Source of the DNA: Providencia phage PSTRCR_127
Direction: 5' to 3' (one strand)
DNA length: 24,000 nt
Sequence record: MW358927.1
Positions within the stretch are counted from its first letter, which is position 1; the number at the start of each line of letters is the position of its first letter. Under the pieces are notes generated by a model. That model did no database searches and was not told the DNA's origin. It saw only the letters and a program-made list of their open reading frames with translations. Position numbers and translations under genes: made by a program. Of this stretch, positions 16,890-24,000 are shown piece by piece.

Positions 16890-17435
16890 ATGTCTTTAAA
16901 AGATGCCTCAGATGAGACCAGGATCAAAATAATCGACACTGCTAAGTATGCTCTAGAGTGTGATCCTACTCGTGATCGTCAACAACTGATTCGTGTAACG
17001 ACAGCGTCTTTATTAGCTGAACAGTATGTTGCTAGTCATATGGAAGGCAGTTCTTATTCTGGTGTAGAGGATATCAATGATCCATTTACGTTTGCTTTTG
17101 ATGTTTTGAGTCATATAAAATATCAAGGTTTAAGAATTGAAGTTAAATGTGCTTTTAGTAACAAGTGGGTTAATATACGTTCATCAAATCACCCAAGTAA
17201 CGAAGGAATAAGCCTAGACGCTTTCTTAGCATCTAACGTAGCAGATGTTATGATTATATTCCTTACACAGGAAAATCAATCAGGCGTCTTCACGTATCGT
17301 CCTGGATTTGTTATTGGTAGAGATGTCTTTACACAATATCCTGATTTGATAAAACGTGGCAGAGATCGAAAATCTTGGTATCTTTGCAAAAATTTTTATG
17401 TTGAACCTGAATGTCCTTTAACTGTATTCAAATAG
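16890..17435 (+). CDS. denB: DenB-like endonuclease IV, PD-(D/E)XK-like (putative)
   Basis: Position rIIB-denB-ndd-52 as in T4; FDVLSHIKYQGLRIEVKCAFS resembles a D...ExK nuclease core; start set at 16890, not 16836. Confidence 0.6.
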   Translation: MSLKDASDETRIKIIDTAKYALECDPTRDRQQLIRVTTASLLAEQYVASHMEGSSYSGVEDINDPFTFAFDVLSHIKYQGLRIEVKCAFSNKWVNIRSSNHPSNEGISLDAFLASNVADVMIIFLTQENQSGVFTYRPGFVIGRDVFTQYPDLIKRGRDRKSWYLCKNFYVEPECPLTVFK

Positions 17436-17443
17436 GAAATATT

Positions 17444-17905
17444 ATGAAAATTCAAATGACTTTAAATGATTTAAAAGGCTTTTCTACTAAAGTAGCAGAG
17501 TATGTGAAGGGTGCTCTGATTGAGCATGATCGTAGTGACGACGCAATGTTCCGTCCTGGTTTTTATTTCTGTATTGACCAAAAAACTGGAGTTGCGCTAA
17601 GCATGTTTTCTGTAAGTCGTTTGAACGTGACTCCTAAAAATATGTTCAACCAAGGTGTATTTGGTTTTGTATCAACCGTTCGTAATGCTCAGTTGAAAAA
17701 TAGTAAACCGCGTCTTCGTTTAATGACACATGGTCGTTTTGACATTTATTATGTCTCTATGAAAGATGCTAAATACATCACAACTCAAATTCATAAACAT
17801 GGTTCTTTATTCGCATCGTTCGCTAAAACACCAACTGGTGAATATAATAACATGTATGAAATTTCACGTTTCATCAAAGCGAACTTCGGTTTTAAATTCC
17901 AATAA
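17444..17905 (+). CDS. ndd: Ndd-like nucleoid disruption protein
   Basis: RPGFYFCIDQKTG...VSRLNV...GVFGFVSTVRNAQ... and C-terminal NNMYEISRFIKANFGFKF match the T4 Ndd pattern; ATG at 17444 preferred. Confidence 0.85.
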   Translation: MKIQMTLNDLKGFSTKVAEYVKGALIEHDRSDDAMFRPGFYFCIDQKTGVALSMFSVSRLNVTPKNMFNQGVFGFVSTVRNAQLKNSKPRLRLMTHGRFDIYYVSMKDAKYITTQIHKHGSLFASFAKTPTGEYNNMYEISRFIKANFGFKFQ

Positions 17906-17913
17906 GGGTTAAA

Positions 17914-19275
17914 ATGAAATTACAGAACAGAGATTTAACAAGTATTATCGATAATGAAGCAAAAGAATTCGCTCTGTATACTGTAGAAGAACGTGCTATT
18001 CCTAATATGATGGACGGATTCAAACCCGTCCAACGTTTCATCATTTATAGTGCGTTGCAAAAAGCTCGTGGTGACAAGCTTAAATTCCATAAACTCGCTG
18101 GTTTATCTGGTAGTGTGGCAGAGCTTGGATATCATCACGGCGAAGGTTCTGCAGCAGAAGCCGGTGCCAAAATGGCCAATACATGGAATAATAATATTCC
18201 ATTCTTAGATGGTCGTGGCGCTTTTGGTTCTCGTTTAATTCAAAAAGCTGGTGCAGCTCGATACGTATTCTGTCGAATTTCTCAAAATTTCTTTGACTTA
18301 TACAAAGATATCGAAATCTGCCCAGTACATCCAGACAAAGAACATATTCCACCAAAACACTATTTACCTATTATTCCTACAGTTCTTTTAAATGGTGTTC
18401 GCGGTATTGCAACTGGTTATTCAACAAACATTTTGCCACATTCGTTAAAATCTGTTGTTGAATGTACAAAGCTTGCTGTTGATGGAAAACTGAACAAAGA
18501 GCCGGAAGTTAGTTTTCCACAGTTCACTGGCGATATTGTTCCGTCTGAAAATGGTGTTGAGCTTATTGGTAAATACGAACTGAAAGGTAAGACTCAATTA
18601 ACTATTACAGAAATTCCGTATAAATGGGAACGCGATAGTTATATTGAAAAGGTTCTTGACAAACTCCAAGACGACGGCAAAATTGAATATGACGACGATT
18701 CTGGTAAAGATGCCAAGACCGGCGAAGTTCGATTTACGTTCTTTGTTAAATTGAAGAAAGAATTCGGGTTAATTACTGACGATGCAGAAGCACAACGGCA
18801 GCAGATTCTGAAAGAATTTGGGTTAGTCCAAAAAGCTCCACAGTTCTTTACAGTTATTGACGAAAATGGTCATATCAAAGATTCTTCAGACTTTGAAAAA
18901 TCATCTGATCTGATTAAACACTTTGTAGAAGTACGTAAGAAATTTTACGATGTTCGCATTGAGCATAAAATCAAAGAGTATAAAGATAAATATGATCTGG
19001 CTTTGGCAAAGGCTACATTTATCTCGATGGTTCTTAAAGATGAACTAAAAATTTCTGGTCGTAAAAAAGCAGATGTCATTAAAGATATCGAAGCTGTAGA
19101 TAGGCTTCAAGGTCATTCAGAGAAACTGATTTCTATGAACCTATATCATATAACAAAAGAAGAAGCCAAGAAGCTTGTTGACCAAGCAAAAGAGCTCAAA
19201 AAAGAGTATGAATACTGGAAATCTACCACGTCTGAAGTTGAATATAAAAAAGATTTAGATAATATTCAGTTATAA
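17914..19275 (+). CDS. 52: type II DNA topoisomerase medium subunit
   Basis: VEERAIPNMMDGFKPVQRFIIYSAL, HGEGSAAEAGAKMANTWNNNIPFLDGRGAFGSRLIQKAGAARYVFCR, GVRGIATGYSTNILPH. Confidence 0.97.
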   Translation: MKLQNRDLTSIIDNEAKEFALYTVEERAIPNMMDGFKPVQRFIIYSALQKARGDKLKFHKLAGLSGSVAELGYHHGEGSAAEAGAKMANTWNNNIPFLDGRGAFGSRLIQKAGAARYVFCRISQNFFDLYKDIEICPVHPDKEHIPPKHYLPIIPTVLLNGVRGIATGYSTNILPHSLKSVVECTKLAVDGKLNKEPEVSFPQFTGDIVPSENGVELIGKYELKGKTQLTITEIPYKWERDSYIEKVLDKLQDDGKIEYDDDSGKDAKTGEVRFTFFVKLKKEFGLITDDAEAQRQQILKEFGLVQKAPQFFTVIDENGHIKDSSDFEKSSDLIKHFVEVRKKFYDVRIEHKIKEYKDKYDLALAKATFISMVLKDELKISGRKKADVIKDIEAVDRLQGHSEKLISMNLYHITKEEAKKLVDQAKELKKEYEYWKSTTSEVEYKKDLDNIQL

Positions 19276-19286
19276 ATCATCAATTT

Positions 19287-19310
19287 AAGGAACCTTCGGG
19301 TTCCTTTTTT
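19287..19310 (+). terminator. intrinsic terminator AAGGAACC-TTCG-GGTTCCTT-TTTT
   Basis: Same 20-nt stem-loop as at 843-862, after gene 52. Confidence 0.92.
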
Positions 19311-19329
19311 CGTTTTTGTTCAAAAAAGT

Positions 19330-19358
19330 GTTTACTTCTGCTTCTATTATGATACTAT
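19330..19358 (+). promoter_or_regulatory. early promoter GTTTAC-17-TACTAT
   Basis: -35 19330-19335, -10 19353-19358; follows the terminator and precedes the ORF at 19395. Confidence 0.7.
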
Positions 19359-19394
19359 TACATCATCGAAACGAAACACGAACTGGAGATAAAA

Positions 19395-19655
19395 ATGTTA
19401 CTCTCAACAATCGAAACAATTATTGAATCAACTGGCACAAATATGGATAACTTTGAAGTTCTGAAAGTTAAGTTAGACGAAGTTCGTCAAGGTCCTAAGC
19501 CAATGTTGATCTACATCGTCTGGGCTATTGACTTAGATGAAAAAGAGTACATCAAAACTCAGCTTTTTGTCGACCCAACAGATATGACAGCCGAGTTTGG
19601 TGGTTCTCCTCTGGATATCTGCTCATCATTTGATGAATTCGAAAAAACTTTTTAA
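19395..19655 (+). CDS. hypothetical protein
   Basis: ORF with ggag RBS and early promoter. Confidence 0.75.
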   Translation: MLLSTIETIIESTGTNMDNFEVLKVKLDEVRQGPKPMLIYIVWAIDLDEKEYIKTQLFVDPTDMTAEFGGSPLDICSSFDEFEKTF

Positions 19656-19672
19656 AAAAGCTAAAATAATGG

Positions 19673-19707
19673 TTTACAACGTGTCTATGCAATGATAGTA
19701 TAGACAC
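19673..19707 (+). promoter_or_regulatory. early promoter TTTACA-17-TAGTAT embedded in an 8-bp perfect inverted repeat
   Basis: -35 19673-19678, -10 19696-19701; arms GTGTCTAT 19681-19688 and ATAGACAC 19700-19707; upstream of motA. Confidence 0.85.
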
Positions 19708-19748
19708 ATCAAAACGAAATATGAAATAAAAATTAACGGAGAAATAAA

Positions 19749-20366
19749 ATGTCTAAGATCAATTTCATCATGCAAGCTAACTCTGAATTAAACGAAAAAA
19801 CCGCTTCAATCTTAATGGTAATTGCAAAAAACAACTTTATCGATGCGGCAGGTATTCGTGAAAAACTTCCAGAAATTTCTTCAGCCTCAGCTAACTCTAA
19901 CATCGGAGTCTTAGTCAAAAAAGGCTTCATCGAAAAATCTGATACAGGTTTTGTTCTTACTGAAAATGGTCAACAAGTTATTCTGGATGCAGCTGATTTA
20001 AATGCAAAAGCTAATCCAACAAAAATTCGTAACACTCGTAAACCAAAAGGTGTTTCTGAAGAAATGAAAACTTTTTCTGAAATATTTAAAGGTCTTATCG
20101 AAGAAGTTGAAGGTGTAACTGTTAAAGAAGTTGCAGAAAACCGTTCCAACTTAGAAATTCGTCTCGAAAAACGTTTAAATGGTATTCGTCAATTCGAAGT
20201 TCGTCATGCAGGAATCATCCGTATCTTTGGTTATAAAATTCCACAAGGTACTATCGACAAATTAGTTGCAGCTGGTGCTACGGTTAAAAACAAAGGTGTC
20301 AATTTTTATATCGATATGGAAACAACTGAAGAAAACATGGCAAAAATGATCGAAGCTTCAAAATAA
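19749..20366 (+). CDS. motA: MotA middle-mode transcription activator
   Basis: LNEKTASILMVIAKNNFIDAAGIREKLP...NSNIGVLVKKGFIEKS and LEKRLNGIRQFEV...MRIFGYK-like IRIFGYKIP match both T4 MotA domains. Confidence 0.95.
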   Translation: MSKINFIMQANSELNEKTASILMVIAKNNFIDAAGIREKLPEISSASANSNIGVLVKKGFIEKSDTGFVLTENGQQVILDAADLNAKANPTKIRNTRKPKGVSEEMKTFSEIFKGLIEEVEGVTVKEVAENRSNLEIRLEKRLNGIRQFEVRHAGIIRIFGYKIPQGTIDKLVAAGATVKNKGVNFYIDMETTEENMAKMIEASK

Positions 20367-20392
20367 GAGTACTAAAAATAATAGGATGTATT

Positions 20393-20656
20393 ATGCTTAA
20401 CACAGTTCGCGAAATTATTAATGTTGCATCAATTTTAATCAAATTCGATTGTGAAGATATTCTTGAAAATAAGCCTTTGTTCATTGAGTTCATTAACGAA
20501 CTAGGCTTACGTAATAATGGTAAGTTATTTAATAAAAGTAATTTCGCTAAACTTATGAGTAGTCTTTCTGATGAAGAAAAGGCAACAGTGATTGAAGAGT
20601 TCAATGTTGGTCATAAATCAGTTTATCGTACACTTGCAATGTATTCTAAGGATTAA
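20393..20656 (+). CDS. asiA: AsiA anti-sigma70 factor
   Basis: NTVREIINVASILIKFDCEDILENKPLFIEFINELG...EEFNVGHKSVYRTLAMYSKD matches T4 AsiA along its length. Confidence 0.95.
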   Translation: MLNTVREIINVASILIKFDCEDILENKPLFIEFINELGLRNNGKLFNKSNFAKLMSSLSDEEKATVIEEFNVGHKSVYRTLAMYSKD

Positions 20657-20657
20657 T

Positions 20658-20831
20658 ATGATTATCAAAAAATATATTATCTATGGCATTACCCTTGATG
20701 ATATGTCTTATATGAGAATAATGGTTAAAAGTGGCCGCATTTCACACGATTTGGCTATGCATCAATTAGGCCGCCGTTATACTAAGCGTAATTCAATTTC
20801 ATTTTTAAAAGACATTGTGGAGAATGGCTAA
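20658..20831 (+). CDS. small hypothetical protein
   Basis: ATG at 20658 immediately after asiA; the 20592 start would overlap asiA. Confidence 0.6.
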   Translation: MIIKKYIIYGITLDDMSYMRIMVKSGRISHDLAMHQLGRRYTKRNSISFLKDIVENG

Positions 20832-21109
20832 TGAATATGGTTCAAGGTTTATCATTAATTTTTATTCGTGACAAAAATGGTATGGAACTGGCTATTAACA
20901 AAATGGGTGGTAATGTTAAACCATATCATTTTTCTGGTATTACCGAAGCCCAGGCATTTGATAATGATGGTTGGATTTTCTCTGAAAAATATAAATCACC
21001 TCATTATGATCCTATCGCGAATACATTCAGATATCGTCTGTATAATACCGATACTGGTGAACAGGCATATTTGATTGTTGAATTAAATTGGTTCACTTCT
21101 TTTTGTTGA
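20831..21109 (+). CDS. hypothetical protein
   Basis: ORF overlapping the upstream stop (TAATGA). Confidence 0.65.
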   Translation: MNMVQGLSLIFIRDKNGMELAINKMGGNVKPYHFSGITEAQAFDNDGWIFSEKYKSPHYDPIANTFRYRLYNTDTGEQAYLIVELNWFTSFC

Positions 21110-21116
21110 GGTTATT

Positions 21117-21311
21117 ATGGGTTATATTGTAGCCGAAGTCGAAAACCGGTGGATTCGTGAAGGCGAATATAACGAATCAAGAGTTATAACTCCTATTCAA
21201 TATTGTCACACCGAAGAAGAAGCAAATAAAATTTGTGATTTATTTAATGAATTTTATAATTATGATTTACAGGTTATTTCTGAAGATGAATTAAATTCAG
21301 ATTGGCACTGA
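21117..21311 (+). CDS. small hypothetical protein
   Basis: ORF with gaggtt RBS. Confidence 0.65.
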   Translation: MGYIVAEVENRWIREGEYNESRVITPIQYCHTEEEANKICDLFNEFYNYDLQVISEDELNSDWH

Positions 21312-21322
21312 GGAAAAATGAT

Positions 21323-21691
21323 ATGCTAGTTAAACATGAAGGTAACAAAGTAAATTTCATTGATCGTTTAGACCAATATGTTGGTTTTGATATGAGCCAA
21401 CATTGTTGTGAATATGCGAATTATGAAATTTATAATGATGTCGGTGATACCATTTCTAATGATACTGCATTTGACGAACAATTAGTGTTTTTCTGTGCAG
21501 ATATTGAAGTCCCGGAAGTATTAAAAGATGAAATTAATGATTTACCACTTGATTCTGGTGGCTATATTATTTTCGGTCTTACTGGAAAACACGGTTATTA
21601 CTATCTTGTGTTAAGTAACTGTCATAACGGATATTATGCACATATGTATAATTTTCGGATTAATGATTATACAGATCGAGGTTACATCTGA
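21323..21691 (+). CDS. hypothetical acidic protein
   Basis: ORF; ATG at 21323 after gagg RBS preferred over 21302. Confidence 0.65.
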   Translation: MLVKHEGNKVNFIDRLDQYVGFDMSQHCCEYANYEIYNDVGDTISNDTAFDEQLVFFCADIEVPEVLKDEINDLPLDSGGYIIFGLTGKHGYYYLVLSNCHNGYYAHMYNFRINDYTDRGYI

Positions 21692-22002
21692 TGTTTTATG
21701 CACTAACAAAATACAAAAAGAATGGCATAGAAGACATTTTCATTTCTGAGTCAAAAACTGAAATGACTAAAGAAGAATTCTATGATGGTATCATTGCTTA
21801 TGTAGACCAACTAGCTCCTGTAGAGAGCCGTATGGAATCCGGGCTTGATACCTTAGTGATTACATTCATCACTGAAAAAGAGTCCCAGGATTTCATTAAG
21901 GGCTACCATATTAAAGGTATTCGAGGTTCCCTTAAAGATGGAACTATCACATATGATTCGAACATGTATCGCCAAAAAATGGAAAAATTATGTATAATGT
22001 AA
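21691..22002 (+). CDS. hypothetical protein
   Basis: ORF with gaggtt RBS and overlap with the upstream stop. Confidence 0.65.
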   Translation: MFYALTKYKKNGIEDIFISESKTEMTKEEFYDGIIAYVDQLAPVESRMESGLDTLVITFITEKESQDFIKGYHIKGIRGSLKDGTITYDSNMYRQKMEKLCIM

Positions 22003-22463
22003 TCAATGAATGCTTCAGAGAAAAAGTTCACGAGATCTATGGTTATCATAAAGCACTTTTAATTTCTAAACCACTGATCCAGTATGATATAGGAACTCGA
22101 GTTGTATTAGCATTGAACTCGCAATTTAATAATGGTGCTAAAGATAATCCTACGGATGTCATTGGTACGATTGCTGATTATTCGATCTGTCGTTACGAAG
22201 TTAATTGGGATAACGGGACCATGAATTCGTATTTAATTGAAGATCAAGATTTAATTGAAGTTCCATTAAATTTCGTAGAAAAGGATTCCAAGAATTGTAA
22301 ATACTGTGGACATGAAAAAGAATTTAATCAATTTGAAAAATCGGATAATTCTGAAGATGGATATTTTCCGTATTGTAAACCTTGTGTTGATGGTTTCAAA
22401 ACCTGGCATGAAGATGAATGGAAAAGGTATTTTAATGAAAAGAGAAATTGTAGAAGTATATAG
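21990..22463 (+). CDS. hypothetical protein: small beta-type module plus C-terminal CxxC...CxxC putative zinc ribbon
   Basis: Module FNNGAKDNPTDVIGTI...VNWDNGTMNSYLIEDQDL, then CKYCG...FPYCKPC. Confidence 0.65.
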   Translation: MYNVINECFREKVHEIYGYHKALLISKPLIQYDIGTRVVLALNSQFNNGAKDNPTDVIGTIADYSICRYEVNWDNGTMNSYLIEDQDLIEVPLNFVEKDSKNCKYCGHEKEFNQFEKSDNSEDGYFPYCKPCVDGFKTWHEDEWKRYFNEKRNCRSI

Positions 22464-22545
22464 ACCTGGTCGTTGTTGTCCTGGTCATGATACTTATCCT
22501 TGTGAAACCTATAAAAATCGTAGAAGCATTAAGCGTCGAGCATGA
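22435..22545 (+). CDS. 36-aa ORF MKREIVEVYRPGRCCPGHDTYPCETYKNRRSIKRRA, possibly the 5' part of a frameshifted small gene
   Basis: Non-random-looking Cys/His/Arg-rich peptide; an adjacent frame continues EHEDIKKEHRHARRVKKFLLNKEC to 22627. Confidence 0.35.
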   Translation: MKREIVEVYRPGRCCPGHDTYPCETYKNRRSIKRRA

Positions 22546-22627
22546 AGATATTAAAAAAGAACATCGTCATGCTCGACGGGTCAAAAAGTTTTTGTTAAAT
22601 AAAGAATGTAGCATCCTTGCTTTATAA

Positions 22628-23251
22628 TTATTTTGTCCTTCCTATTGTACGACTGGCCGATGAACAGATTGAATTTAATCTATCATCGGGCAGTCTGGTC
22701 TGATCTTGATCCCACATCATAAAAATACTCCCTGCATATATATTATCCAAATTAAAGTATGGACAAGAAAAAACATGTTTATGCTCTAATTGACTTCTAG
22801 TCGGAAGTCTAAATGTCGTATCAGAAACATAATAGTCACCATTTGCATGTTTAATGTATTCTTCTGATGTCTTGTCTATTGGATAACCTCCGAGATTATT
22901 TGGATTTAATGCATCCGGAAGTTTCCCTTCAAATTCGATAAGATCAAAAAAGTAATTACGATTTTTTGGTCTGAATTCTGTCACTCCACTAAATTCAGCC
23001 CCTGACGATACGTGTACTATTTGTAATTGTTCTTGTACAGTTTTAAGAAATTTATTTTCCCGCTCATTTGCCTGTACTTCGAGATAAGCTTCATATCTCG
23101 TGTCCCGATATAAATTAAATAATTCTGTCCTTGCGTACCAGAAAAAGGCACCTATACATATAATTACTGTAGCTAAAAGACGCCACAAGATTAATTTCCC
23201 GTCAGCGTCTTTAAACACCGTCGATAACAGAGTTATCAACAAATTACCCAT
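22628..23251 (-). CDS. t: holin (T4 t-like)
   Basis: Single N-terminal TM segment, LQIVHVSSGAEFSGVTEFRPKNRNYFFDLI-EGKLP, LGGYPIDKTSEEY, CPYFNLDNIYAGSI match T4 gpt. Confidence 0.93.
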   Translation of the reverse strand: MGNLLITLLSTVFKDADGKLILWRLLATVIICIGAFFWYARTELFNLYRDTRYEAYLEVQANERENKFLKTVQEQLQIVHVSSGAEFSGVTEFRPKNRNYFFDLIEFEGKLPDALNPNNLGGYPIDKTSEEYIKHANGDYYVSDTTFRLPTRSQLEHKHVFSCPYFNLDNIYAGSIFMMWDQDQTRLPDDRLNSICSSASRTIGRTK

Positions 23252-24000
23252 TATGATTCTCTATACCAAGCCATTAACATGACATATGAGTTGACTACGC
23301 TAAACGCAGATCCACTACCAGCACCGCCTGTAGTACCGCTAATCGTATGGTTGTGACCACCAATTGCAACACTATGCGAATGGTTACCGTTACTATCAGT
23401 TCTCAGTTTATATTCAACATTTCGCAAACCATTAAGGCTTAATGGTTTACTCTCTCCTTTAAAACTGGACTGGTCAATGTTTGCGATATGGAGGTTGTTG
23501 TTGTGACCAACAGAATAAGGAACACCATGATCATGGGCACCACCACCTGAAGTACCTTTAGACCCATAATCAAACCATGAAGTTGTACCAGAAAATGAGT
23601 GAGTATGCGATGGCATATGTCCAGCAGATAAAGCAACATTATCATTACCACCAGATGTCATAACATTACTACCGTTACTATTAGCTAAACGAATTGTTTT
23701 ATTTTCGCCAACATAAACCCATTTTGTTCCTGGGAACAAGCTATTTGGGTTTTTATTTTGGGCGAACCACATAACAACACCAACGGGATATACAACATTA
23801 ATTGTTGCCATCCCACCAGCATTATTTTGTACCCATTGTTGAGTTGCAACAGATTGACCATTGGTCAATATAGGACCATTCACATTAAATTCAATTGTAT
23901 TATTTCCTTTGCGTTGAGCATAAAAGAAATACCCGGTGTTGTCAGCAACTTCAAATATATTCTTTCTATCGCCACCACCCCAGTTTTTTAATAAGATCTC
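23251..24000 (-). CDS. 37: distal long tail fibre protein (gp37-like), C-terminal part, continues beyond window
   Basis: Frame stays open from 23883 to the window end (...EILLKNWGGGDRKNIFEVADNTGYFFYAQRKGNNTIEFNVNGP...); HTHSFSG, HDHG, GNHSHS, GGHNHTISG and NSYVMLMAWYRES; adjacent to t. Confidence 0.75.
   Translation of the reverse strand, partial: EILLKNWGGGDRKNIFEVADNTGYFFYAQRKGNNTIEFNVNGPILTNGQSVATQQWVQNNAGGMATINVVYPVGVVMWFAQNKNPNSLFPGTKWVYVGENKTIRLANSNGSNVMTSGGNDNVALSAGHMPSHTHSFSGTTSWFDYGSKGTSGGGAHDHGVPYSVGHNNNLHIANIDQSSFKGESKPLSLNGLRNVEYKLRTDSNGNHSHSVAIGGHNHTISGTTGGAGSGSAFSVVNSYVMLMAWYRES

Noticed and set aside
22015-22035. AATGCTTCA near 22015 and CTTGCTTTA near 22616 as MotA boxes
   Set aside because: No TATAAT-like -10 at the expected 11-13 nt downstream.
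23251-23883. The - strand ORF 23251..23883 as a complete 210-aa protein
   Set aside because: The reading frame remains open upstream of its GTG to the window edge, so this is the C-terminal part of a larger fibre gene.
1-24000. CRISPR array, tRNA cluster, prophage integrase/transposase or toxin-antitoxin/defence operon
   Set aside because: No regularly spaced repeats, no cloverleaf-like sequences noticed, no integrase or transposase motifs, and intergenic space is minimal; nothing supports these.

Overview
This window is a dense, AT-rich segment of a T4-like (Tevenvirinae/Straboviridae-type) myovirus. I identified genes by recall-level comparison of the translated ORFs with T4 proteins. No database search was run. 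On the + strand: gene 56 (dCTPase), an HNH-type endonuclease, dda, dexA, a small accessory-gene block including a MazG-like protein and a tandem paralog array, a GIY-YIG homing endonuclease, an unsplit topoisomerase II large subunit (T4 39+60), rIIA, an enlarged rIIB, a denB-like nuclease, ndd, gene 52, motA and asiA. These are followed by a block of small unknown ORFs. On the - strand, converging with zero intergenic gap, are the t holin and the C-terminal part of a distal tail-fibre (gp37-like) protein that runs off the window. The strongest non-coding signal is a set of sigma70-type early promoters. Four are embedded in inverted repeats that flank the -10, with different arm sequences in each and paired base changes between two of them. 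Three are placed just after intrinsic terminators (one of these three is also in the embedded group). They resemble the published PeSL (early promoter stem-loop) cassettes of T4-type phages. I see no convincing evidence for a wholly novel multi-gene system. The best places for new biology are the paralog array (9186-10647), the asiA-to-t accessory block (20658-22627), and the promoter/stem-loop cassettes.
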